Below are positions 29,215 to 44,928 of a DNA stretch of 64,000 nucleotides, piece after piece (position 1 is the first letter of the stretch; each line of letters starts with the position of its first letter). The stretch is from assembly GCF_009914755.1 (NCBI RefSeq), contig NC_060931.1, one strand, 5' to 3'. The DNA is from the human T2T-CHM13v2.0 reference genome, Homo sapiens. Below the pieces are notes generated by a model. That model made no database searches and was not told the origin of the DNA. It saw nothing but the letters and a program-made list of their open reading frames with translations. The position numbers and the translations under genes were made by a program.

Positions 29215-29278
29215 CTTGTTTATCTTTCTGCTTTGTTTCCAGGATTGTATTTACTTCCTGATGTTAGATTCCTGGACA
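29215..29278 (-). other. Candidate 64-nt exon (minus strand, stops in all frames); overlaps a plus-strand acceptor motif
   Basis: TTGACTTTTGTTTCAAG|TG ... CAAG|GTTAGT. Confidence 0.3.
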
Positions 29279-32001
29279 CTTGAAACAAAAGTCAACCTTT
29301 CTATGCAAGGAAACTAACGGGCTGAAGTTTCCTTCCCTAGGGAAATCACAAGAAAGAATGCGGGATGGGAGGACACCCCCTGCTCACGTGTACTGCTGCT
29401 ATCGTCTCATCCTAAGTTTTCTGCTGCACCAACACCCATTAATTCCTCTCGGAAAATGGAGAGAAGGATAACTTCAGCTGGGGCAGCACTTTGACCCTTC
29501 TGCTAGACTCAGTCCCCTGCTGGACTCAGGAGCCAGGTCTGCATCTACAATGTGGGGCCCTCCTTCGCCCCCAAGAAGCACAGGAAGGCTTCTTTCAAGG
29601 CACCCTGTTCCTGCAGGCCAAACCCAGCTCCATGAGCATTATTACAGCTTAGTGCGGCATGGAGCAGTATCCCATATGTACTTTTATGTACCTGTACCAG
29701 CCCAACGAGCCAATGCCTTCCTGGCACCTGTCACTGAGCCCTCTGGTCAGATTCCACATCCTGCCTCTTGGGTGAATGGCGATCCTCACTCTCCTGCTGA
29801 GTCTCTGCCTTCCCATCCAGGAGCCACCTGGATCCAGAGGTACAGGGGTTCCAGGTTCTGGCTCCTCCTTGATCTGCCCCCTGCTGTGATGTCATAGCCT
29901 GCCCAGGCTCTGCCAGGAAATGCCCATGAGGGCTGGGACCACGTCCTTCATTCAACAAACTCGTGCAGAAGGGAGACAGAGATGGGAGCAAATCTCTCCC
30001 GGGACTGGAGTGGAGGCAGTGGGTTCCTGGGCAATTTTGTTGCAGATCAATTTAAGTTTTAGGTTTTGTGTAAGGATTTTCTGCCAGTGAGTTCTTGCTG
30101 AAGGGACCACCAATTTTGCATTCTACCAGGGCCAGGGCATAAACCCACTCTCAGGAAGCCCTGGGCATAGCCACCTTGCACCAGGCACATGTTATTCCTC
30201 TACCTCAGCCCAACACGAGCCCAGCACACGCAGGGTGGGGAAGCCAAGCACTTGCCCACTAGCTGCTGTCAAGTACATGGAGAAGGAGGCAAATCAGAAC
30301 CTTTCATCTTATTCTTCGGGTAGAACATTCAACATGCAACATGCTTTTGGATAATGCATGACATCGGCCTCCAGTATTCAGAATACGCTGAGTGACTCTG
30401 TTTTGGTAAAGAGGCCAGAAGTTCCACCACCTAAAGTCATCTGCAGCATCATTACTGCTATATCTTTAGGGGAGATTACATGATCTTCAAGGGACCATTT
30501 CCTGTATAATTTCAATCCTCAATTTCCCGTGACTTGAAGTGGGAGTAATACTATAGCTCCCGCTCCACACACGGCATAAACCTCCTTCTCCCAGGATTGT
30601 TGTGAGGATTAAACAACTTGAAATGTGCAAATTATCTGGCACAAAAATGCATTCCAAAATTTACTAGTTCCTTTCCCCCTGCATTTTTGTGAAGAATGCC
30701 AGTTAATTTTAGTGAGGCAGAGCTACTGATTTAGTGACAAATGTACAAGCTTCTGGGAGACTTTAGCTCCAGCTCTGACACTTCCTAGCTATTTAATATG
30801 GTACAAGTTTGATGTGTCACTGTCTTCACAGCAAAATGGGATAACACTTATTTTGGAGGGAGTTATACATTGTAAATGAGATGACACATGTAAATATAGA
30901 ACATCAGATAGCATATGCTCAGTTAGTACAGAGGCCCTTTGTCTCGCACACAGCAGGGCTCATTTATTTAAATACTGCACCAACAAGCCTGGAAAGCCAG
31001 TGTGCCTTCCAGGATCAGGCAGGCAGAATCCGCATCGGTACACTGTCCATAGATCACAATGTGCTGTGTGGACCATGAAGCCACTGGAGTTATTTCAAAA
31101 TTTAAAAAAAAAGTCAGCTTCACCCAACAGCAAATTCAGCACAGACCTAGTTTCTGTTTTTGTTTTCATGTATTTTTCTATTCCATAAAATTACTTCAGG
31201 GCATATATGCAAATTACAAAGCATTTTAACTAAGATATACTTTAAAAGCCCAGAACATTTTCCAACCCAAATTAATACTATATCGTATATTAAATGCCCA
31301 TCTGAAAAGTCCACAAATTTCACATAAACATGTGAGAGCTTTAGGAAACGGTGGAAGAGAATACAGATCACCCCTTTCAGTTACTCCAGAATATTTGATA
31401 AATTCCATTTAGAGATACCAGGAAAGATCAAAACTTCTACTTTTTAGGAATAACACTTAGACTGATGGCCATCTTCTTATCTCCCCGCTCCAGACCATCA
31501 ACTTGACAAGGAAGAGCTAGGATTTAAACTGCTTTTTAAATGGCAAAGAAATTCCTTTTTCTTTAGGACAGAAGAAAAAACAATTTTCTTCCAACCTGTG
31601 CACAATATGGGTATTTGGTACAGTTTTCAAGGCAAAAAATCCTAGGGATTTTGCAAAGGACTTAGGACAAGACTAATAGCCTTGTCTCATCTTGGTCCAA
31701 AAGTTTGACTCTTAGAATTGAAAGAGACATCCGCCTGACTGAATGCTTTCACCCTTAATTTTATCTGCAGAAGTTTAATTCAAAGGAAAACCCCTAGGAA
31801 CCCTACCCTGGGAGGAAGCTTAAGTAAGTGAAGGTAAGCTTGTCCAGGAAGAAGTGGGAAGCCAGAGCCCTGCCCTCTCAAATCCCATTCACTCTCCCTG
31901 CAGAGATGCCTACACTCATGTCAGAAATATGGGGCTCCATAAAACACAGTTTGAAAGTGATGGAATAATTCAGCCCTCATGCACAGATAAAATAAGGACA
32001 T

Positions 32002-32919
32002 TGAAGGGATGGGTTCAGGACCTACCACCCCAAAACATGGCACCTTGGCATTTGAGAAAACAGCAGAAGCAGGAAGGTCACTCTTACCTTCCCCTCACCC
32101 CTTTTCTCCTAAAGCAGATCATAAAATCGAGGAAGGATTTTCTGACTTTTCTTTGAAGCACTTTGTAAGAGCCTCAGGAGACAGTGTATTAGTCTGTTCT
32201 CACACTGCTATAACGACATACCCAAGACTGGGTAATTTATAAAGGAAACAAGTTTAATTGACTTACAGTTCAGCATGGCTAAGGAGGCCTCAGGAAACTT
32301 ATAATCATGGCAGAAGGGGAAGCAAACACATCCTTCTTCACAAGGCGGCATGAAGGAGAAGAATTCAGGCAAAAGCAGGGGAGAATCCCTTAAAAAACCA
32401 TCAGATCTTGTGAGAATACACTCACTATCACGAGAACAGCATGAGGGTAACTGCCACCATGATTCAATTACCTCCTAGTAGGTCCCTCGCATGACATGTG
32501 GGGATTATAGGAACTACAATTCAAGATGAGATTTGGGTGGGCACACAGTCAAGCCATATGAGAGAGACTCCTTCCCTATACCCAAAGGAAAGGAGTTGAA
32601 GACATAGAAGTGAGAAGAAGAACCTGATCAAACAGGCCTTGCTAAATTTCTCACAGTTCATTACAATTAGATCACAGATAGCTCCTTTGTCCAATCATAC
32701 ATCTCTAAGACTGTCTACTCTTCACCAAACCTAAGCATAAAAATACACAGGTTTACCCGCTTCTTCAGGTCTTTCGTTCCCTATGAAGACTCCTGTGGCA
32801 CGTAAAACTTACATCAAATACATGTGTATCCTTTTCTATTGTCAATCTGTCTTTTGTTATAGGGGCCTCAGTCATGAACCTGTTGATGAGTGGGAAGAAG
32901 CTATTTCCCCTCCCCTACA
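32002..32919 (+). mobile_element. ERV1 solo LTR (MER34-family), interrupted by THE1
   Basis: GGGTTCAGGACCTACCACCCCAAAACATGGCACCTTGGCATTTGAGAAAACAGCAGAAGCAGGAAGG; ends TTTCCCCTCCCCTACA. Confidence 0.75.
32185..32561 (-). mobile_element. THE1C-like MaLR solo LTR
   Basis: TGTATTAGTCTGTTCTCACACTGCTATAA..GAGATTTGGGTGGGCACACAGTCAAGCCATATGA; 5-bp TSD GACAG/GAGAG. Confidence 0.9.
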
Positions 32920-34002
32920 GCAACAAAAAGTTACAAGTGGCTCCAGCAATATTCTGCTTGATAAATGGATGAGGCCAGGTTGTGAGTGAGAATATCGTTA
33001 CAGGAAGAAACCATGAGCAGAAATTAGAGAGACTCTAAATTACTGTTTCCTGGCCTCTATGCAGCTAGAGTGACGACAGAACCCATTTGGGGTCAGTAAA
33101 ACATCAGAGAAAATCTGCTGGGTTTTTCGTGGGGTAAAGGGGTGTTCACTTTTCTGAAAAAAGGAACAAAATGGAAGGATAGCTCTTGGTGTTTCCCCTT
33201 CCTCTTTCTTCCTAAGTGTTTGGGAACTTGATGCCTGGTGCTACAGCCGCCATCTTAAGACCATGAAGTATGAGCAGAAGACAGAAAGCCAACATACTTA
33301 TGGAAGAGTAGAGGGAGAGAGAGTCTGGATCCTTGAGGACAGTCTTGAGCTATTTAATGAATCTGAAGCCATCTGATCCCTGACTTCTGGTTAAGTAAAC
33401 AATTAATATCCTTATACTAAAGGACACTGTTAGTCTGTATCTCACCCAGTAGAACACACTTCTCTGGATATTTCAGAATCAGGGTATTACACCTTAAAAG
33501 TAGTACCTGCATTTTTCCACATATTATCTTTAATTTCTGTTCCCAAACTACAGTCACATGGAAAATAAAAAAGCAAGGGGGAATGATGTAACCACCTTTG
33601 AAGATAGTTTGGTACCTTCTTACAGAGTTAAACGTAATCTTGTCATACAATCTGGCAATAATGCTTCTAGGTATTTACCCAAACAAGTTGAAAATGTATG
33701 TCCATACAAAAACCTGCACTCAAATGTTTAGAGCATTCTTCTTCCTATTTACCAAAACCTGCAAGCAACCGTGATGTCCTTCCATAGACGAATGAATAAA
33801 CTGTAGTATAGATACACAATAGAATATTACTCAGCAATTTTTAAAATGAGCTATTAGGCCACAAAAAGACATGGATAAGTTTTAAATGCACATTTCTAAG
33901 TGAAGGAAGCCAGTCTGAAAAGCCTAAATACCTGTATGATTCCAATTATATAACATTCTAGAAAAGGCAAAACTATAAAGACAGTCAACAGTTCAGTGGT
34001 TT

Positions 34003-34129
34003 GCCTGGCACAGTGGCTCACACCTGTAATCCCAACACTTTGAGAGGGTGAGGTAGGAGGATCACTGGAAGCCAAGGTTTGAGACCAGCCTGGGCAACAC
34101 AGTGAAATCCCCCCAACTCTGAAAAAAAA
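34003..34129 (+). mobile_element. FLAM monomer
   Basis: Left-arm monomer; TSD TCA(G/C)TGGTTT. Confidence 0.85.
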
Positions 34130-34263
34130 TCACTGGTTTCCAGGGGTTTGGAGGCCAGGAGGACGGTAGGGGGGTGCATAGGTGAAGCATCGTGGATTTT
34201 TAAGGCAGTGAAATTATTCTGTATGATATTGTAACAGTAGCTACATGACACGGTGCAACTGTC

Positions 34264-34659
<396 letters not shown>

Positions 34660-37101
34660 TAGTTTAATTATAACAAATGTACCACACTAATGCAAGATGC
34701 TGATAATAGGGAAAACTGTGTGGATAGCAGGCATATATTGGAACTCACTGTGCTATCTAGTCAATTTTTCAGTAAATCTAATACTTCTAAAAAATAAAAT
34801 ATATTAATGGGGAAAAAAAGCAAGAGAAAATGAGGGGTGGGAAACAGAATCCCTAAAATTGTAATCATTTTTTCTCTCTAATCAGTCCAGAAAGAAATTC
34901 ATTTTAAGGTATGCATGGGAAGGTTTGGGCCAGCACTTTCCATCCTCACTGGTCCACTCCCTCTCCCATACCACCAAGACCCATCTCTGAATGTCTAGGT
35001 GGCTCCCCCTTCCACCTTCACTCCGTGTGGCAGGCCTCTCCCATGCACACTGCATGCTGTCTCATACAGGTGACTGTGCGCCATGATTTCTATGGGTATC
35101 TTATGCTCTTTCTCATTTGGTCCTATCATGGCCACTCCCCGCCATTGGCACAGCTTTCTGGTGCATCCCTAGGTCCCACGCTATTTTTAACCTTTGATAT
35201 TGACATATCTGACAAACAATGTATCCTTTAGATGCTTCTCCATGTTAATGGAAGTAACAACCTGGTATATAATAAATTCCCTGGGCCCTTCAGGTTGTTC
35301 CAATAAAGGTTCTCCTATAACCAAGACACTGTTTAAAGAAACACACCCCATCTGCGAGGCCCAGATGCCAATCAGTGTTGAGATGTTCCTCCTCTTTGTG
35401 GCAATGTAGCAAGGTTTGCAAACTTAGCATAAAAAGGAGATACTACACCCCAGTACCAAAAGTTTCCTGGATCTTTTTTTCCATAGTTTTCTTTGGGGCT
35501 TGGAAGGCTGGCTTAAATTTTTAGTTCTAAATAGATTGTGGTCGCAACTGGGTAATCGTTACTTGATGAAAAACAAAATATCCAGTTTTTAAAAAACATT
35601 CAGCTATTGCTTGGCTCACATCCTTTCCCCTCTTTGTTCCCCCCATTTTTAATTTTTTTCTGAATAAAATGCAAACAGCTCATGATCAGGAGTCCTCATT
35701 GTAACTATGGGCTCTGAAATTTGCCAGAATAAGGCGTTTGCTGAGCAATCATTTCCAGGAGAGAAGTCACTGTGGCCAGACCAATGAAGCAGTGGTAATG
35801 TGGGCCACCGGCACTGGGGGACTGAAATGGTCGTGTGAGAAAGCATAACTTTGAGTGACAATGGGATTTTATCTGAATGAATCTTTCCCAAGAATAAGGC
35901 ATGGATGCTTTTTATACTTCAAGACCAAAACAACAACAATGGGGAAAAAAAACCCTAAGAATTCCTCCAAAAAGGTCAGGCTTTATTGCAGGTCCCAGCC
36001 CTTGCACATATTGTTCCCTCCTCCTGGAATGCCCAATGTTTCCGACCCCCTCCCCACGCCCCAGACTCCACCTTGTCTCACCTCTGCCCCCATGTCTGTC
36101 TGTCACACCCAGAGCTTGCTTATCTGCAGTTATTCTTCCAAATCACGGAGAAACACAAAATCCAGATAGGTCTTTTAAGTACAGCAAACACACTTCCGTG
36201 TGCTTTAACTGACACAAATATGTGTGATGAAATGAAATGCACAGAATCGCAAATGTTATCCTTATAGGCAATGTGTTCCTTCATTTCACATTTTAGGCAA
36301 TCACAAAGCAATTAAACTTCTGTGTGCACGGGACACTGAAGTCATGTGTGGCATGCTTCCTGGGACTCAAGGCGTCGGGCTTGTTAATGGGAAGGAGGGA
36401 GTCAGAAAGATAGGCTTATTCATTCCCTGGCAGTTAAAATACAGACTGGCTGAATCAGCCCAGCCAATCCTCCTCCGATACTCCAAAGGCTTTCCAGGGG
36501 AAACCAGAGTGTCTTGAACTTGCTAGCCTCAGAGGACAGTGCATATGCTGTCCCGCCCCAGAGGTCAACTCCGCTGGTCCCAACAGCTAGCCTCTGGAAA
36601 GTTGGCCTCAAGAGAGCTGACCACGAGAGCATGGGTCAGAATTCACTGGAGAACCCATCCTAATATGGAAAATGTCAACACTTGCTTCCCTTATCAGTAA
36701 TTCCCAGTCCACCGCAGCTACAGGCAGAATCAGAAGTCAAGCTCAAGCTGCAGAGCTGAGATACCACTGGGATCTAGGGGTATTTTCAAGCCGTTAAGCA
36801 GACCTCATCTCCCACTCCTTGCATCTTAGGGTTCATTCCATCATTCATGGGAATGCTTGAGTACTCACGCTGGTTCAGGCCCTGTGTATAATTAGTTTGG
36901 GAAACAGAAGCTTCTTGTTAGTGAAAATAAAGATGGTACAAGTGAAAAATCTGCAGTTGGTGCAAGGGAGAAATCTGCAATATTACTCTTTTGTTTTTTT
37001 TTTTTTTCTCTCTTTGTATATATTCCACCCTCATGGCAAATATGAAAGATTTCCATTGGATGAGACACTGAACTCAGTAGCCACAACAATGAGGGGCATA
37101 A

Positions 37102-37469
<368 letters not shown>

Positions 37470-37559
37470 AAGAAAATATTCTTAGTCTTGTTTTTTGCAT
37501 CTTTAAAATATAGCATTAGCTAGAGGATCTCAAAGGTCCTTCCAAGATTAAAATGGTAT

Positions 37560-38700
<1,141 letters not shown>

Positions 38701-39189
38701 TAATTTTTAAAATATTTATTAATTTTAAAAATAGTAACTTCAAAAAATTGTGTCAAGTCTGTAAGTGAATTTTACATTGGTAAAGAACATTGAATACCAC
38801 AATAAACATATACAGTAGCATTGGATTTTATATCCACACTATATTTGTAACCTTGTGTTCCCCATACTAAAGAAATAGCTATCATGCAGCAAGGGTTCAA
38901 TAAAATAATGCTTGTGAAACTGCTCTGAAAGCAATAGAAAGCCTGGCAGAGGTTTAATTCTAATCACAACCGGTTACACAATAGATATACATAATGAAGT
39001 TGAAACCCCCAGGAAGAATCTGGGCAGTCTGGCTACCTGATTGTGCATCACTGTCTAAGACACATTGGAAAAAAGATGACAAAGAACTCAGATAAGCCCC
39101 TACGCTCTGTCTTTCCAATGCATTTCAACGAGATTCTGCTGTTGGTAGGAAGTGGAAAAAATAACCGCAGAGCAACATTGGCACTACTG

Positions 39190-39670
39190 TGTACACTGCA
39201 GCGTTAGTCACAATAGCCAGGAGGGAGAAGCAGTCTAAATATTCATTAATAGATGAAGGGATAAAGAAACGGTAGGAATATACATGCAATGGAATATTAT
39301 TCAGCCTAAAGCAGAAGGAGATCTTGTCATGTGCTACAACTCAGATAAACTTTGAGGACATGATGCTAAGTGAGGTAAGCCGGCCACAAAAAGACCCATG
39401 CTGCATGGTTATACTTCTAGGGATTATTTAAAGTAGTCAACCTCTTAGAAACATAAAATACAGTGGTAGTTGCCAGGGGCTGGGGAGAAGGGAAAGGGGA
39501 AGTCGTTTTTCAGTGGGTATAGATTTCCAGTCACTCACAATGAAAAAGCTCTAGAGATCTGCTGCGTAAGAATGTGCATATAGTTTATGCTATTGCGCTG
39601 TATACTTCAAATGGTGAAGTTGTAAATTTTGTGTTGCTTTTTACCACATGCAAAAAAATTGTTTTAATAA
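39190..39670 (+). mobile_element. L1MA/MB 3' end
   Basis: CAATGGAATATTATTCAGCCTAAA..TTTGAGGACATGATGCTAAGTGA..GGTAGTTGCCAGGGGCTGGGG..CTAGAGATCTGCTG. Confidence 0.85.
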
Positions 39671-40089
39671 AATAACAGCCCTGAGCATGACTTTCACAGA
39701 ATAATCTGGAAGTTTAAACATTGTTTACACATCGGGCCATGGCACCGAAAGCCTAAGTGAAACTCTGAAACAACGGAAAGCACAGAGTTCAGAACAAACT
39801 CAGCACAATATCAGCAGAAAGGTGATCCGGAAGCTGACACACAGCAGAGTTTTGCAAGTGAAAAAAAAAAAAAAAAAGTGAACAAAATTCCTAAAACCTA
39901 CTGGATGCCAAAAGTTCATGGGTAGCTTTTTAGGTTCTGACCTTACTTTGAACTAATGCTGACATCTATTAAATAACTTCCCTTAACTAGTGATAATAAT
40001 GAAGAGAGCTATCATTAACGGGTCACTAGTTTTATGCTGATTTATATGTATCATTTCATCGACTCCTCTTAGCAACTTTATATGGCAAG

Positions 40090-40661
40090 TGTCCTGGCTG
40101 TGTACTGCTGTGTAACAAACTATCTCCAGACTTACTGGCTTCACACAACAACAATCACTTCATTTTTCTCATGAAACTACCATTTGGGCAGGGTTGGGTA
40201 AGTATGGTTTGTCTATGCTCCATGCACAGTCAGCCAGGGCAACTCAACTGGGGCTTGCTGGGGGATCCACTTGTAAGATGGTCACTCATATGGCTGGAAA
40301 GTTGAGGCTAATTGTTAGATGGGAACTCAGCCAGGCCCGTGGGCCAGAGGCCTCAATTCCTCCCACTTGGGACTCTCCACGGGCTGTTTGGGCTTCTTCA
40401 CAGCATGGTGGCTGGGTTCCAAGAGCTACACTGCAGAGCAAGATGGAGGTGAATAACATTTTTATGATGTAGCCTTGCAAGCCATATAGTATCACTTCTG
40501 CTATGCTCTGTTGGTCAAAGCTGTCACAACATTCCACTCAAGATCAAATGGAAGGAACATAAACCCTATTGCTAGATGGCAGGAGTTTCACAGGGATATT
40601 GTAAGATCATGTATGATAAAAGATACTGGCATGACCATTTTGGACAATACAATCTACCACA
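40090..40661 (-). mobile_element. MaLR LTR (older MLT1), inserted in a MIR
   Basis: CTGCTGTGTAACAAACTATCTCCAGACTTACTGGCTT..CACAGCATGGTGGCTGGGTTCCAAGAG..AATCTACCACA. Confidence 0.75.
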
Positions 40662-43349
40662 GTAAATATTATCATTATAATCCCCATTTTGCAAGCAGGA
40701 AAACTGAATCTTGAAAAGGTAATTATCTCCCTCCTTCCCGCAAAGTCACATAGCTATTAAGCAACGAAGCCAGGATCCAAAACCAGATATATCTGACTCC
40801 CAAGTCAGAACCCTTAACTACTATGACTATTTTGCTTCCGACTTCCTTTACAATTCCTGCTGTAATTACTCTAGCTCAGAGAGTCTCTAACTTCTTTGCA
40901 TAGGCAGGATTATTTTATGTAATTGACATGAAAAAAAATGAACTCCCCAGTACTATTGCAGTTTGGTGACTGACACATAGAAAGCTCCCTAAAGTTTTGC
41001 TAAATTAGATGTGTCTTCTCTCCTCTACTAAAGTATAATCTCCTTGAAAGAAAAAAACAAGTTTAGTAAAACCTGGTATCCACATAAAATTTAATTCAGT
41101 TCCTTGATCACAGCAAGGGTTCAGTAAATGCTTATTTGAAATGTATCTACTTGTCTTCGTGTCTTTCTCTCCAACCCTCCCCACAACCCCATACTGTGAG
41201 CCACTAAAAAGCAGGGACAGAGGGCCAGATGCCTCAGTTCCAGTAACCTTCTGCTCTAGCCCCTCCCACCCCTTAACACACACACAGCCCTACACAGTGG
41301 GTCTTCTACAAATGTTATAATGAACAAATGAATGAATAAATGACATACATGGATGAAAATGAAATGAACAGTAATCCAGATTTCTAATCACTTTCTCCAT
41401 TCAAACAAGGGAAAACTAATACAATGAGAAAAACTAGGGCCCATCGTAGAGCCTGCTGGCCTACCCCTAAAGGAAGGCAACCTGACACATTTTGGTAGAG
41501 AAACAAAAAACAGTGGGTTTCCTGTTGGAGAAAAAAACTGCAAAGGGAAGAAGACATGAGTGGAAAGAGTTTTTAGCTAACTAAAGAAAAGGATGCAATT
41601 CATGAGCTATATGCTGTGACACTTTTTGTCACCCTCCCTCTGTGGATCCTGGGGTCAGTGCAGAAGGCATCAGGATAGAGGAGGAAGAGAATTAATGTTT
41701 ACTGCACACCAGGCACTCTGCTAAGTAAGAGTTTGGCTTTTACTCCCACTTACACATTTTCATAATAAAACCCGGAACAGCAAGAACAGGAAGTAGGAAC
41801 AAGAAGTAGTATAACATTTTCCTGGTTCTCAGAAAACCATTTTAAGAAATAATTATGGAGATGTAGCAACTAATTCTACCTTACCAATATTCTAAATGGG
41901 AAGTCCCACAGATATTAATACTGGATTGTTAGTGGATAAATTCAAGGAGCAATATTATTCCCTGTCCACATCTTAGCAAACAAAGTTCCCTCTCTTTCAT
42001 TTACCGCTAGCCGTTGGTTTCTTCTAGTTTTTCAACATCCTACAACACTTTATTTTAAAACGAAATCACTGTAACAAGCTATTATGCTCTTTCTTTTCCA
42101 GGAACAAGTGGGTACAATAAATTGTAGCAGTGATGAAAGTGGAAAGTGACAGTGGAGAAAAATTAATATCCTCGTGCTTTTCATCCTCAAAATTCTTTAA
42201 ATAAAATTTAATTTTCTGGCTATTGCCCTTTAAGTGTGCTAAGTTAGAGAGAGAGAATGTATTCAGCTTTTCCAACTTCTCTATTGTATTAGAGGGTCCC
42301 TTTTCATACAGTCTACAGAAATGGCCATACAGTCCACAGAAATGGCATTTTTGTGTGTGTGCGGGGCCAAGGAAGAAGGGGGAGCCTCAGAAGTGTATTG
42401 TTATGTTGAGAAAACTAATATTCATATGACTAATGAGCATATTTTTTCCTGATCTGGTTCATAAACTTTTTCCGTTATTCTGGTAATTATCAAAGACACT
42501 TAATTCAGAAGCATCACATTCTCCACTTCTCAGAACTCTGCCTCCCACTCCAGCAGGAACGTCATGTCAGATCACATGGTCATGGAGGGCTTCAGCTTTG
42601 ATACTGCTGAGAATGGTGGCTCATGTCTTTCACTGCTTTAAACACAGTGTTATGGTTCAGTACAAGTACATATTTAATTAATATGCTCCACAGAGGAGAA
42701 AATTCTGTTCAAATTAAAGTCCCTTCCTCACGCTCAACTACTTCCTACCTCTGCTCTCTCTCTCACACACACACAAAAACACACACACACAAAATGTTTT
42801 GGAAGAAATTATTCTAACCATCATTCAGTGCTACACATCATCATTCAAACTATGTGTTTATAATTCAGAAAATAATTCTTACAATTATATTTTGCAAAAC
42901 AACATGAAATCCTTTTGTTCTTTCTTCAAAGGAACAACTGAACTCCAAAAGAAAAAAATCACAGGAAGGAATGGATGGGTCCATGAAATGGCTTCCAGAG
43001 AGTTCTATTCTCAGGAGCCAGGGCGTTTGTGGGGTCCTCCTGGACACTGAGGAAAGGCTGTGCCAGCCCCCTTCACCACCACCTCAGCCTGAGCCCCTGA
43101 CTTCTACTTTATCTGTCTTCTATAGGAGGCTTCTGTGGTAAGATGTCTCTTGGATAAATTGCCAATTTCTACTTTAAATGACTAGTTTAACAGATGAAGA
43201 CATCATATATACCATAGTTTACCAATCAAAAAACTACAGTGTGCCAACTACTGTAGTTAAACACTGTGCAGACACAACAACTAAAGAAAAACTAATGCAA
43301 CCATCATTTTAGCTTGTCATTTTTTTTCAAGAATTGTATTGGTTTTAAA

Positions 43350-43842
43350 ACATGGGTGCATATCCTTGGATGCTCCTCCCCTTAAAAGGTGAACCCTCTT
43401 CCCCTAGACCCACCTTAGTGACTCCTCTCTAACACGCAGAGTGTGTGGGAAGCTATGCTATGTGATTTCAAAGGCTAGGTCAGAGAAAAAAGATGCCACA
43501 TGATTGTCTCTCCCTGAAACTTTCACTCTGGGGGAGGCCAGACCCCATGTCATAAGGACACTCAAGCAGCCCTAAGAGACATCCACAGCCAGCAGCAGCT
43601 TGTCAGCCACAGGAGCACACCATCTTGGAACAAGTCCTCCAGCCCCAGTCCAGCCTTCAGATGACTGCAGCCCCAGCTGACATCTGACCACCACTTCACA
43701 AAGGACCCTTAGCCAGAACCACCTGGCTAAGCTGCTCCTGGGTTCCTCAACCACTAAAATTATGAAAGAGAATAAATTATTCTTGTTGGGTCAAGCCACT
43801 AAGTTTTGTGGTGATTTGTTAAACAATAATAAGTCACTAATA
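43350..43842 (+). mobile_element. MaLR LTR (MLT1F/G-like)
   Basis: CCAGCCCCAGTCCAGCCTTCAGATGACTGCAGCCCCAGCTGACATCTGAC..AAGCCACTAAGTTTTGTGGTGATTTGTTA. Confidence 0.8.
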
Positions 43843-44342
43843 GGAGACATAACTTGACCAAATTTTTTTTTTGTTTTTTTTAATTTTAACTGCTTCACAA
43901 CATTTAGGCTCAAGATTCTTAATACTTGCTCTGTCTGAAATCCTCCCTCTTCTCCCTTCCCCTTGCACACAAGACTTTCCTCATCTCTCCAGGAATCTTT
44001 CCTTGCCTCCTCCAAGCCCAACAGCCCTTTTTCCAAGCCTAGCTTTCCTCTTCGTCCTTTGTATTGTGGTTATTTGTGTGTCTGTCTCATCTCCCTGACC
44101 AGACTGAAAGACCAGGAAGGCTAAGGAAGTCTTGTTCAACTTTGAATCCACAGAAAATACCTTACACATAGTGGGCTTTTGGTTGATTTACTGAACAAAA
44201 GAAGAAAATACCAGTTGGTACAACCTGGCAAGCAGGACAATCACCAAATGAACCAAACTGTCTGAAGATATTTTTCACTTCTCAGAAGAAATCCCCTTGG
44301 CCAAAAATGAGCATCCAGGTAACATGCAAAGTATGCCCTTAG

Positions 44343-44711
<369 letters not shown>

Positions 44712-44852
44712 ACTTCAGCATGGCAAGAACAGAGGGAAACTGTGAAGTAGCAAAGTGAAAAGGTATATGACAGAAGTCAATTTACCTCCACTTTAATATC
44801 AAAATAATATTTTAATATAATTAATATCATTTAATATCAAAATAATATTGAG

Positions 44853-44928
44853 TGAATGATTCCATAATGAATCATGGAATTCATTTGAATGATTCCATAA
44901 TGAATCATGGAATTCATTTGAATGATTC
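44853..44928. repeat. Perfect 33-bp tandem duplication (2.3 copies)
   Basis: TGAATGATTCCATAATGAATCATGGAATTCATT at 44853 and 44886, partial at 44919. Confidence 0.95.

Noticed and set aside
42305-42346. 21-bp tandem duplication (also a 24-bp one near 36935-36985)
   Set aside because: Ordinary short slippage duplications with no further structure
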